32,000 nucleotides of DNA, taken from positions 30,001 through 62,000 of the forward strand of contig CAZMGY010000011.1 of assembly GCA_964565945.1 (NCBI GenBank). The letters run 5' to 3'. A model generated the notes under the pieces. It ran no database searches. It was not told the DNA's origin and saw only the letters and a program-made list of their open reading frames with translations. This DNA is from an uncultured bacterium (GTDB lineage Bacteria > GCA-001730085). Below are positions 23,516-32,000 of the stretch, piece by piece (position 1 is the stretch's first letter; each line of letters starts with the position of its first letter). Both the position numbers and the translations under genes were made by a program.

Positions 23516-26488
23516 GTGAATCGTTTGAGTTCTCTTAAAATTACGGTGGTGTGTTTTTTGATCCTAATAGTGCAGACGATTGTAGGGACTTTGTATCAAA
23601 CCGAAATAGGTTTGTATTTGTCGTTGCAAAAAGTTTTTTATGCCTGGTTTTTCCTGATTGGTGATATGATCCCGTTTCCTGGGGTGCGATTGATTTTATG
23701 GGTTCTTTTTGTTAATTTGCTGGCTGCTTTTATTAAACGTTGGCCTAGTTGGTGCAAAGCTTGGGGGCTTTTGATTACGCATTTGGGTTTGTTGCTCTTG
23801 TTTGTAGCCGCGTTTGGTAAATTCCATTGGGGTTTGGACACCCATGTTACGATAAAGGAAGGTCAAAAAGCACATCAATCCCGAGCCTATGCTAATTGGG
23901 AGTTGGCGCTTTGGGAACAGAAAGATGATGTTCGTCAGGTTCGTGCGATTGATTTAAAGGATTTGATTGCCCATAATGAGGTGTTTTTCGAAGATCATCC
24001 TGGGGTTGTGACTCCCTTACGTTTGGAGCTTTCGTTGCACTATGCGAATGCACTGGCTTATGCAAAAGGGCCTCGTATGCAAGATGCAGCTTATCGCAAT
24101 GGATCGGGCATTATCTACATCGAGGCACAAGCTTTGTCTAAGGAAAAAGAAGAAAACATTCCTGGTATATTGCTAAATCTGATTCAAACCGATGAACAGA
24201 AAGAGACCTTATTATTGTATGGAACAGAAATGAAGGCGACACCTTTAAAGTTGTTTGGACGTGATTTTTGGATTCAGTTAAGGCATAAGCGCTATGGACT
24301 TCCTTTATCGATCGAGTTGAAGGATGTGATTCAAGAGTTGTATCCAGGAACAGATACGCCGAGTCATTACGAGAGTCAAATTATTGTTGATGATGCTCAT
24401 GTAAAAAGAGATGTGTACATTTCGATGAATCAACCGTTTCGTTACGATAAGTACACTTTTTTCCAAGCTTCCTATGCTGTGAACACCAAGGGAGAGGAAC
24501 TTTCGACATTTACTGTGTCGTATAACCCTGTTCGCTTATTGCCCTATGTCGCGAGTTTGCTTGTGGTCTTAGGTTTGTTTCTTAATTTTTGTGCGCAGCT
24601 ATGGCGGCGACGTTCCTCTTTGATGATGACTGCCTTGGTTGGTTTGTTTGTCTGCCAAGGTGCTTTGTGGGCTGAGGAGCCTTTACCACAAGCTGCTGTG
24701 GATGCCTGGAGCCGTTTGCCCATTTTGGAACAGGGACGCGTGAAGCCCATGGAAAGTTTTGCCCAGAATCAATTGCTGCAATTATCGGGTCGTCGAACTT
24801 GGAACCGTTCGAGTGCATCCGAATGGCTTTTGCGTTTGGTGATGGCTGCAGAGACAATGAAGGATGAGCGGGTGTTTCGGATCGATAACCCCCAAGTTGT
24901 CGAATCTCTAGGAATTAAAGCGCGTAAACGAAGACGTTATTCTTTCGCCGAGTTGCAAAACAAAGAGAACCTTTTGCGCACTCTTGTGGCCAAAGCCAAT
25001 GATGTTTCTCAGAACAAACGCAATGCGCTAGATCGTGCGTATTTGCAAGTTTGGTACAATTACTGGCTTTATTTTGATTTGACCCAAAGTTTTATGTTTA
25101 CTCAAGAGTCGTCTTGGTTTCGTATAGACTCTCATTTGCAAAAAACTCTGGGTTTAGACAATCGTGATGAGGGTGGCTATAGTTTTTATGAGACTTTTCA
25201 AAATATTGATCGTTTAAAGACTGTGGTCGCAGGGTTTATTCAGAAGCCTCAAAACGAATGGTCTTCCGAGGATAAAAAAGCTTATAACTTAGCCGCACAT
25301 CTTTTTCAGTGGGTGCAACACCAAAAAACGACACCTCTTAAACTCGTGTATGTTGTAGGGCAAAGTCCAGCGTGGCTTGATGTGGTCGACCTTTTACAAA
25401 AGCAAGTGGGGGCACGCATTATTTCAGCCCCCTTGGCTTATTTGTTCCAAGCCTATCAGGCTTTTCATAAGCAGGATTGGATTTTGTTCGAAACTCAGAT
25501 CAAAAATTTGAAGTTCGAAAATATTCTCCGTTGGGATAACCTGTCTGGAATGAAAAGATTAAGTTTGGAGCGTGTGTATCATCGCTGGGATCCTATGGCT
25601 CGCACTAAGGTGTTTTACATCATTTTGATGTGTTTATGCTTTATTCTTTTTCTTAAACCTACGGCTTGGTTTTATCGAGCTTTAGTTCTTTTAACAGTGG
25701 GAACGGTGATTTGGCATGGTTTAGGGATAGGTTTGCGCATGATGATTTTGTCGCGTGCCCCAGTGAGTACCTTATATGAAACCTTTATTTTTGTGTCGTG
25801 GATTGCTTCGTTGACAGGGCTAGTTATGGAGTGGATTCAAAAAAAAGGCCTAGGTTTGCTTGTGGTTAGTTTTTTAGGTTTTATTCTGATGAGTATTGCT
25901 GGGCGTTATGCTATGGATGGTGATACTTTGGAAGTTCTGCAGGCTGTTTTGAACTCTAACTTTTGGTTATCGACACATGTGATTACCATCACTATGGGGT
26001 ATTCTTTGTGTGTGGTGGCTGGTTTAATTGGCCATATTTATCTTATACAAGCAACGTTTTTGAAAAAGTCAACACAAAGCTTAGCATCATTGTCTGAGAT
26101 TCTCTATGGTACGCTAGCAGCGGGTTTGTTATTTTCTTTTTTAGGAACCATTTTGGGAGGTATTTGGGCCGACCAATCTTGGGGACGTTTTTGGGGCTGG
26201 GATCCTAAAGAAAATGGAGCCTTGCTGATTGTGTTGTGGTGTGTGACATTGTTCCATGCGCGTATGTGTGGGATGGTTAAGCCGTGGGGTTTTGCGGCTG
26301 GATGTTCATTGATGCCTATTTTTGTCACACTGGCTTGGTTTGGAATTAATTTGTTAGGCGTGGGCTTGCATTCCTATGGATTCACCGAAGGTGTTGCGAG
26401 CAATCTTTATGCTTTTATTGCGTTTGAAGTAATTTTTGTTGGCCTTATGTTGGTTTTGCAAAAGCGATGGAATGGCGTTCAGTCATGA
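23516..26488 (+). CDS. ccsBA: fused System II cytochrome c biogenesis protein, ResB/Ccs1-like N-terminal half plus CcsA/ResC C-terminal half
   Basis: 990 aa with a GTG start. The N-terminal half has ResB-like TM segments and MNQPFRYDKYTFFQASY. The C-terminal half has the WWD haem-handling motif WADQSWGRFWGWDPKENGAL plus multiple TM helices. Confidence 0.8.
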   Translation: MNRLSSLKITVVCFLILIVQTIVGTLYQTEIGLYLSLQKVFYAWFFLIGDMIPFPGVRLILWVLFVNLLAAFIKRWPSWCKAWGLLITHLGLLLLFVAAFGKFHWGLDTHVTIKEGQKAHQSRAYANWELALWEQKDDVRQVRAIDLKDLIAHNEVFFEDHPGVVTPLRLELSLHYANALAYAKGPRMQDAAYRNGSGIIYIEAQALSKEKEENIPGILLNLIQTDEQKETLLLYGTEMKATPLKLFGRDFWIQLRHKRYGLPLSIELKDVIQELYPGTDTPSHYESQIIVDDAHVKRDVYISMNQPFRYDKYTFFQASYAVNTKGEELSTFTVSYNPVRLLPYVASLLVVLGLFLNFCAQLWRRRSSLMMTALVGLFVCQGALWAEEPLPQAAVDAWSRLPILEQGRVKPMESFAQNQLLQLSGRRTWNRSSASEWLLRLVMAAETMKDERVFRIDNPQVVESLGIKARKRRRYSFAELQNKENLLRTLVAKANDVSQNKRNALDRAYLQVWYNYWLYFDLTQSFMFTQESSWFRIDSHLQKTLGLDNRDEGGYSFYETFQNIDRLKTVVAGFIQKPQNEWSSEDKKAYNLAAHLFQWVQHQKTTPLKLVYVVGQSPAWLDVVDLLQKQVGARIISAPLAYLFQAYQAFHKQDWILFETQIKNLKFENILRWDNLSGMKRLSLERVYHRWDPMARTKVFYIILMCLCFILFLKPTAWFYRALVLLTVGTVIWHGLGIGLRMMILSRAPVSTLYETFIFVSWIASLTGLVMEWIQKKGLGLLVVSFLGFILMSIAGRYAMDGDTLEVLQAVLNSNFWLSTHVITITMGYSLCVVAGLIGHIYLIQATFLKKSTQSLASLSEILYGTLAAGLLFSFLGTILGGIWADQSWGRFWGWDPKENGALLIVLWCVTLFHARMCGMVKPWGFAAGCSLMPIFVTLAWFGINLLGVGLHSYGFTEGVASNLYAFIAFEVIFVGLMLVLQKRWNGVQS

Positions 26489-27318
26489 AATTATCGTTTG
26501 AATTTTTTCCTCCCAAAAATGCTGTTTCGCGCAAACTTTTTGAAAACACCGTTGAGCGCCTTAAGGTTTTTCAACCCGAATATATGTCGGTGACCTATGG
26601 AGCCTTGGGATCTCAGCAAAACCAAACCTTGGAGATGGTCGATTATATTCAAAATATGGCTGGAGTGGAAGCTGCGGCGCATTTTACCTGCATTGGAAGT
26701 TCCTTGGACAAAGTGCATACTTTTGTTGCTGATTTGCAGCGATTAGGTGTTCGGCGGATGGTGGCTTTGCGAGGAGATATTCCTGAAGGAGTTGAAACCC
26801 AAGAGGTGTTGAGTGATTTGAAGCATGCCTCTGACTTGGTAGCGTTTATGAGTGAACATTATCCCGACATGCACCTTTCGGTGGCAGGTTATCCCGAAGG
26901 TCATCCTGAAGCAGTCTCGTTGGATGAAGATTTAAAGCAACTGAAGTATAAGGTGGATCAGGGGGCTTCTGTCGTAATTACTCAGCTGTTTTTTGATAAT
27001 CAATTTTTTATTGATTTTAGAAACCGTGCCCGGACTTTGGGGCTTGATTGTAAAATTATTCCTGGCATTATGCCTGTGACACAATACCGAATGATTGAGC
27101 GCATAACCCAAATGTGTGGTGTTCATATTCCTAAAGCATTGAGTGATTTTTTTGCTAAGGATAAATCTGATGAGGAGGTGCAATCTTTTGCTAAGGAATT
27201 CACCTTAAAGCAATGCCTTGATCTAAAGGAGCAGGGGGTTGCAGAAATTCATTTTTATACGCTTAATCAAGCAAAGGTGGTAGAGGATGTTTGTTGTCAT
27301 TTAAAAGGAGATAACTGA
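26485..27318 (+). CDS. metF: methylenetetrahydrofolate reductase
   Basis: 277 aa from the ATG at 26485, which overlaps the ccsBA stop in an ATGA junction. Motifs SFEFFPPK, VTYGA, ALRGD and ITQLFFD. Confidence 0.88.
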   Translation: MKLSFEFFPPKNAVSRKLFENTVERLKVFQPEYMSVTYGALGSQQNQTLEMVDYIQNMAGVEAAAHFTCIGSSLDKVHTFVADLQRLGVRRMVALRGDIPEGVETQEVLSDLKHASDLVAFMSEHYPDMHLSVAGYPEGHPEAVSLDEDLKQLKYKVDQGASVVITQLFFDNQFFIDFRNRARTLGLDCKIIPGIMPVTQYRMIERITQMCGVHIPKALSDFFAKDKSDEEVQSFAKEFTLKQCLDLKEQGVAEIHFYTLNQAKVVEDVCCHLKGDN

Positions 27319-28286
27319 TGATTGTTGTGACAGGTGGAGCTGGTTTTATCGGAAGTGCAACAGTATGGCAGCTTAATCAACAAGGCGAAGATAATATTGT
27401 GATTGTTGACGAGTTGCAATCCTCGGACAAATGGAAAAATTTGTGTAGTTTAAAGTTTAAAGACTATTTTGAGAAAGATGTTTTTTTGAAATTATTGTTT
27501 GATCAGAAGATTCCTAATATTGATGCGATCATTCATTTGGGGGCGTGTTCTTCGACGACGGAACGCGATGCCTCCTATTTGGTGAATAACAATTTTACCT
27601 ATTCTAAAACTCTGATTTCATATGCTTTGGAAAACGATATTCGAATGATTTACGCGTCGAGTGCGGCCACGTATGGTAACGGAGAACAGGGTTACACGGA
27701 TGATGAGAGTCATATCGACCTTTTTCGACCTTTGAATATGTATGGTTATTCTAAGCAAATGCTAGATCTGTGGGCCTACCATAACAATATTTTGGATCAA
27801 GTGGTATCGTTGAAATATTTCAATGTTTTTGGCCCTAACGAATATCACAAAGGGGATATGCGCAGTATGGTACACAAGGCTGTCGGACAAATTTTGGATG
27901 AAGGTTCGGTGAAACTATTCAAATCGTATCGTCCTGATTACAAAGACGGGGAGCAAAAACGTGATTTTGTTTATGTTAAGGATGCTGTCAAAATGACCTT
28001 ACATTTTTTGGAAAAGCGCGATGTGGGAGGCATTTTTAATATTGGAACAGGTGAGGTCCAAAGTTGGAATGCTCTTATGATGGCTATTTTCGAAGCCTGT
28101 GGCAAACCTGTTCAAATCGAATATATTGATATGCCCGATTTGATTCGTGATCAATATCAGTATTTCACTCAGGCTGCAATGACTAAAATCGAACAGGCTG
28201 GTTACCAGCAACCTTGCATGACGTTGTTAGAGTCTGTCAAAGACTATGTTCAAAACTATATTCTTAAGGAGGCGTATTTGTCTTAG
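27318..28286 (+). CDS. hldD: ADP-L-glycero-D-manno-heptose 6-epimerase
   Basis: 322 aa. Motifs MIVVTGGAGFIGS, YGYSK and YFNVFGPNEYHKG. The ATG overlaps the metF TGA (TGATG). Confidence 0.85.
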   Translation: MIVVTGGAGFIGSATVWQLNQQGEDNIVIVDELQSSDKWKNLCSLKFKDYFEKDVFLKLLFDQKIPNIDAIIHLGACSSTTERDASYLVNNNFTYSKTLISYALENDIRMIYASSAATYGNGEQGYTDDESHIDLFRPLNMYGYSKQMLDLWAYHNNILDQVVSLKYFNVFGPNEYHKGDMRSMVHKAVGQILDEGSVKLFKSYRPDYKDGEQKRDFVYVKDAVKMTLHFLEKRDVGGIFNIGTGEVQSWNALMMAIFEACGKPVQIEYIDMPDLIRDQYQYFTQAAMTKIEQAGYQQPCMTLLESVKDYVQNYILKEAYLS

Positions 28287-29392
28287 AGGGACTGCATTTG
28301 AGTGTAAAGCTGAGCAAATGCTTTATCTTCTTTGAGGAGCTTTTGGCAGACTTTAAGGGCAATATTGATTGAGTTAATACTGCGGTTGCCGAAATGAAGT
28401 CCTAATTGGTCTAGGGACGCGCCCCAATGGTGTGCCAGTGAAATTGCCAAATAGCGTGGTTGGGTTAAATGGCGCTTTTTGCTCGTTGAGCGGAGTTCTT
28501 TGTCACAAATCTTGAAGTACTGAGCGACTTTTGTGATAATAGTCTCCATATGTTCGGCAGAGGTGTTCTCTGGCTCAAAAAGGCCAGGCAAAATATTTTG
28601 GTTGATTGATTGCTGTGTTAGCGATTGGTAAGCGGCTATTTTTTTGATAATGTTTTCGAGAGGACGAATATTGGACTGTAAGTGCTTGGCAATGCGTTTG
28701 ACGATTGCTGTATTCAAGTTTAATTTGTGTCCTTGAGCTTTCAGTCGAATGATTTCTTCGGTTGATTTCGGGCACGGGGCATTCATTTCTAAACAAAGAG
28801 ATCCTTGAAAACGGTTCAGCAAGCTTTCTGAAAAACCTTTGAGGTGATTAGGATGTGTGTTGGACACGAGAATAACTAAAGCGCCTTGCTCATGTAGGGC
28901 ATCAAATGTGTGCAAAAATTCGCTCATGGTTTTGTCACGATGGGACAAGTCGTGCACATCGTCGATCAAAAGAATATCGGCTTGACGATAAAAATCACGA
29001 AACTTTTGAAGTTCATTAGTCTTATTGGACAGTGTGAAATGTTTCGTGAATGATTCGGTGGTTCGGAAAATAGCTTTCCGAGATGTGTCACTGATGTTTA
29101 GTTCGTGTTGAATGGCTTTGAGTAGATGCGTTTTTCCTACGCCATGATTGCCGTGAATATAAATCGTGTTAAATATGAGAGTGTCTCGTTTGAGTGATTG
29201 ACGACAGGCTTGTATAACGGTTTGGTTGGTTGGGCTCATCACAAAGTTTTGAAAAGTCATCGACGAAAATGTATTAAATTTTTTATAGCTGTTTTTTTTA
29301 GGATGGATACAGAATTGAACGGTTGCTTGAATGCTATCCAGACCACGAGATCGAGATCTTTGGGTTGATGATTTATATGTGTTCAAACTCAT
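28283..29392 (-). CDS. DnaA-family AAA+ protein lacking the N-terminal domains I-II (DnaA paralog)
   Basis: 369 aa from the ATG at 29392, with RBS AGGAAA upstream (the ORF-track start at 29551 is discounted). Motifs MTFQNFVMSPTNQ, Walker A HGNHGVGKTHLL, Walker B LLIDDVHDL, LLNRFQGSL, and a domain IV-like C-terminus ending GLHFGNRSINSINIALKV. Confidence 0.7.
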   Translation of the reverse strand: MSLNTYKSSTQRSRSRGLDSIQATVQFCIHPKKNSYKKFNTFSSMTFQNFVMSPTNQTVIQACRQSLKRDTLIFNTIYIHGNHGVGKTHLLKAIQHELNISDTSRKAIFRTTESFTKHFTLSNKTNELQKFRDFYRQADILLIDDVHDLSHRDKTMSEFLHTFDALHEQGALVILVSNTHPNHLKGFSESLLNRFQGSLCLEMNAPCPKSTEEIIRLKAQGHKLNLNTAIVKRIAKHLQSNIRPLENIIKKIAAYQSLTQQSINQNILPGLFEPENTSAEHMETIITKVAQYFKICDKELRSTSKKRHLTQPRYLAISLAHHWGASLDQLGLHFGNRSINSINIALKVCQKLLKEDKAFAQLYTQMQSL

Positions 29393-29597
29393 ATTTTCCT
29401 CACTTTGTGTTCCTAACGGAAGAGAATTGTAACAGGGAACTTGCTCGTCTTCAACGTTTGATCGTTGATGGATCGGAAAGCTATTAAAACATAGGTTGTT
29501 CCGATGGAACCCTTCTTGTAAGGCCTGAGCAAAAAAGAGATTTATTTGCAAAAATGTTGCATCCTCTAGAAAAAAAACGACTTAGACAAAAAAGTTT

Positions 29598-30290
29598 TTA
29601 GCTGTCTGATTTTTCTTTGAATTTCCAAGTTTTAATGCGTTGTTTAAGCTCGTTACGAAGCACTTCTTCGGGGTTGATGTTGGCTTCTTCGGCCAATTGA
29701 ACACAGTAAAAAAGCAACTCTCCCAGCTGTTCTTGTGAGGGGGCGTTGGATTTTTCGGACCATTGTTGGATGAGTTGTTGGATGGCCTGAGAGCTATCTT
29801 GAGTTGAGAATTTTTGACTTAAGTTATGTTTAGCAGCTTTTTTGTAGGCTTTTAATGTCTTATGCAAGGCTGGGAGATGTTGAGGAATGTCATCAAAAAC
29901 AGATTCACGTTGTTGTTGGGTTTTTTCCTGTTTTTTAATTTCATCCCATTGCAAAAGCACTTCATCAATGTTATCCGTGGGATTATCGTTAAATACATGG
30001 GGGTGACGACGAATCATTTTGTCGCTAATATCTTGCAGAACATCCTTAAGATCAAATCGATCGAACTCTTGAGCCATTTGACAGTGGAAAATCACTTGAA
30101 ACAAAACATCGCCGAGTTCTTCTTTAAAGTTTTCCCAGTCTTTGTTTTCGATGGCATCAATTAGCTCGTAAACCTCTTCCACTAAGTAGTTTTTGATGCT
30201 GTTGTGATCTTGTTGCTTATCCCAAGGGCACCCCTGGGGGCCTCGAAGTTTGGCCATCACTTCGACGAGTCTTATCAGTTCTTTGTCCAT
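29598..30290 (-). CDS. mazG: nucleoside triphosphate pyrophosphohydrolase MazG
   Basis: 230 aa from the ATG at 30290, with RBS AAGGA upstream. Motifs LRGPQGCPWDKQQ, EEVYELIDAI and ELGDVLFQV, plus a second MazG repeat (LGELLFYCVQLAE). Confidence 0.85.
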   Translation of the reverse strand: MDKELIRLVEVMAKLRGPQGCPWDKQQDHNSIKNYLVEEVYELIDAIENKDWENFKEELGDVLFQVIFHCQMAQEFDRFDLKDVLQDISDKMIRRHPHVFNDNPTDNIDEVLLQWDEIKKQEKTQQQRESVFDDIPQHLPALHKTLKAYKKAAKHNLSQKFSTQDSSQAIQQLIQQWSEKSNAPSQEQLGELLFYCVQLAEEANINPEEVLRNELKQRIKTWKFKEKSDS

Positions 30291-30303
30291 TATGTATCCT
30301 TTA

Positions 30304-30356
30304 TTTTGTGCGGATTCCGTGGTCAGGTCACGGAATGACATGAGGATACCACAAAA
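30304..30356. promoter_or_regulatory. nested palindromes in the mazG-trpE divergent intergenic region (candidate operator)
   Basis: The inner perfect 8-bp inverted repeat is ATTCCGTG (30314-30321) and CACGGAAT (30329-30336), separated by a 7-nt spacer. The outer 7-bp inverted repeat is TTTTGTG (30304-30310) and CACAAAA (30350-30356). Confidence 0.35.
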
Positions 30357-30417
30357 TGAGGGATCCAACAGTAAGACTTATGATATCATAGGCTCTTGTT
30401 GTGAATAGGAACATAGT

Positions 30418-31935
30418 ATGAAATACCCTAATAAAGAAACCTTTTTAGAACGTGCTCAAGATAAACAAAGCAACTTGTTGGGGGTGCGCACCGAGCTTCA
30501 TAATGACGCCTTAACGCCGATGGCTGTGTTTCGTTCTCTTCAAGAGCAGAGTAATGATGCATTTTTATTGGAAAGTGTTGAGCATGGCAAACAAATGGGG
30601 CGTTACACTTTTGTTGGACTTGATTCTGTGGCTGTGATCGTTTATCAGGAGGGGGTTTTGCATATTCAGCACAAAGGACAAGATGATTTGCGCCAATCAT
30701 GTTGTGATCCTTTTCCTTTGATTCGAGACTACTTGTCACTCTTTAAACCCTTATTTGAAGGAGGTGATATTCCGCCTTTTGTTGGGGGAGCTGTGGGCTA
30801 TATTGGTTACGATGTGATTCGGGTGGCCGAGGACATTCCTCAAACAGTGAAAGATGATTTGCAGATTCCCGATATTTTTTTGATGGTGACCGATCGTGTT
30901 TTGGTTTTTGATCATTTGAAACATAAAATTCATGTGGTTGGTTCAGCTTATTTGGATGACGATCGTTCCAAAGACCATTTGCTGGATATCTATGATACTA
31001 CCTGTGGGGATATCGATGCTTTTATTGACACTTCGCTTTGTCATTTTAAGGTTGATGTGGGTGCCGCTGTGGGTAGAAGCCAGAGTGTGATAATCACTCC
31101 CGAAGACTGCGAAGCCATGTCGAATCAAACTTCGGAGGATTATAAGCAAGCGGTGCTTAAGGCTAAAGACTATATTGTGGCAGGTGATATATTGCAGGTT
31201 GTGTTGTCACAACGTTTTGCTGTTCCCACAAAGGCGGACCCCTTGGATATTTATTGCGTCTTAAGGTCGTTGAATCCTTCTCCATATATGTTTTACTTTA
31301 AATGTGGTTCTTTCGTTTTGACAGGGTCTTCTCCAGAAACGATGGTGCGTTTGCAGGATGGAGGGGTGTTAACAAAGCCGATGGCAGGTACACGTCCGAG
31401 AGGTGCCACTGATGAAGAGGATCAGGCCTTGGCTCAAGAGTTGCTCGATGATCCTAAAGAGCGAGCCGAACATTTAATGTTGGTTGATTTGGGGCGTAAT
31501 GATATTGGGCGGATTGCCAAAGCGAGTTCTGTTGAGGTGAATACTTTTATGGCTGTCGAGAAATATTCTCATGTGATGCATATTGTTTCCGAAGTGGAAG
31601 GGCGTATTTTGGAGGATTTGGATTCTTTTGACGCTGTGTTGGCGACATTTCCTGCTGGGACTTTGTCGGGAGCTCCTAAAATTCGTGCTATGGAAATTAT
31701 TGATGAGTTAGAACCCACCAAGCGAGCTACCTACGGTGGTTTGGCGGGGTATTTTGGTTTTGATGGCCATATGGATACGTGCATTACGATTCGCTCTATG
31801 GTGTGCAAAGACGGCAAAGCTTATGTGCAGGCTGGGGCTGGGATTGTGGCTGATTCTGACCCCGATAAAGAGTATCAAGAATGCATGAATAAAGCCATGG
31901 CTGTGATTCGGGCTATTAAATTGGCAGAAGGGTAA
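30418..31935 (+). CDS. trpE: anthranilate synthase component I
   Basis: 505 aa. Motifs LLESVEHG, SPSPYMFY, GTRPRG, LMLVDLGRNDIGR, GTLSGAPKIRAMEII and GGLAGYFGFDG. Confidence 0.9.
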   Translation: MKYPNKETFLERAQDKQSNLLGVRTELHNDALTPMAVFRSLQEQSNDAFLLESVEHGKQMGRYTFVGLDSVAVIVYQEGVLHIQHKGQDDLRQSCCDPFPLIRDYLSLFKPLFEGGDIPPFVGGAVGYIGYDVIRVAEDIPQTVKDDLQIPDIFLMVTDRVLVFDHLKHKIHVVGSAYLDDDRSKDHLLDIYDTTCGDIDAFIDTSLCHFKVDVGAAVGRSQSVIITPEDCEAMSNQTSEDYKQAVLKAKDYIVAGDILQVVLSQRFAVPTKADPLDIYCVLRSLNPSPYMFYFKCGSFVLTGSSPETMVRLQDGGVLTKPMAGTRPRGATDEEDQALAQELLDDPKERAEHLMLVDLGRNDIGRIAKASSVEVNTFMAVEKYSHVMHIVSEVEGRILEDLDSFDAVLATFPAGTLSGAPKIRAMEIIDELEPTKRATYGGLAGYFGFDGHMDTCITIRSMVCKDGKAYVQAGAGIVADSDPDKEYQECMNKAMAVIRAIKLAEG

Positions 31936-32000
31936 GAGAATTTGACTTCGGGGTCCAAGAGTTTAAGATAAATCTAGATGATAGAAAAGAACTGAAGCCG

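Noticed and set aside
28283-30417. Replication origin (DnaA-box cluster plus AT-rich unwinding element) next to the DnaA-like gene
   Set aside because: The flanking spacers are very short (46 bp to mazG, and a convergent overlap with hldD). I saw no cluster of TTATCCACA-like 9-mers. The single near-match TTATCCAAA at about 9519-9527 is isolated and far away.
30337-30417. trp attenuator leader peptide upstream of trpE
   Set aside because: The only short ORF in the leader region has no Trp codons, and no terminator/antiterminator hairpin pair with a U-tract is evident.
1-32000. CRISPR arrays, rRNA genes, intact transposases or integrases, prophage structural genes, toxin-antitoxin pairs
   Set aside because: There are no regularly spaced direct repeats, no rRNA-like sequence and no intact recombinase ORF. 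The RHH ORF has no adjacent toxin-sized partner other than hsdR.

Overview
Bacterial chromosomal window, mostly tightly packed housekeeping genes. On the + strand: sucC(partial)-sucD, gltA, purH-purD, tRNA-Arg(CCG), tsaC-rpiB-glyA, rpsP-trmD-rplS, a LemA-TPM-TPM module, a fused ccsBA cytochrome c biogenesis gene, metF, hldD and trpE. On the - strand: a cysQ-like gene, a truncated DnaA paralog and mazG. The one clear accessory region is a four-cistron operon on the - strand at 2045-7386. It encodes a ribbon-helix-helix (RHH) protein, hsdR, hsdM and hsdS (Type I restriction-modification), lies between sucD and gltA, and abuts a decayed IS3-family element. The features I consider most worth follow-up are listed here. 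(1) The small RHH gene is coupled to hsdR through an ATGA overlap, has a tandem TTTTATAG repeat in its promoter region, and the same 8-mer recurs in a nested inverted repeat downstream of hsdS. (2) Two halves of an IS3-family transposase lie in opposite orientation either side of gltA-purH-purD. (3) Several gene relics are present: a 49-codon purE-like mini-ORF, two short 5' gene stubs, and a tRNA 3'-end duplication. (4) G8 and G9 homopolymer tracts lie in and next to a cluster of unannotatable secreted-protein genes, making them phase-variation candidates. (5) A DnaA paralog lacks domains I-II and has a diverged DNA-binding signature. No CRISPR array, rRNA, intact transposase or intact prophage was seen. 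All functional calls rest on my own recognition of motifs in the translated ORFs. No database search was run. The organism cannot be assigned from this window. hldD implies an LPS-bearing envelope, and rpsP-trmD-rplS without rimM plus a second DnaA-like gene is only loosely reminiscent of PVC/Chlamydiae-type genomes.
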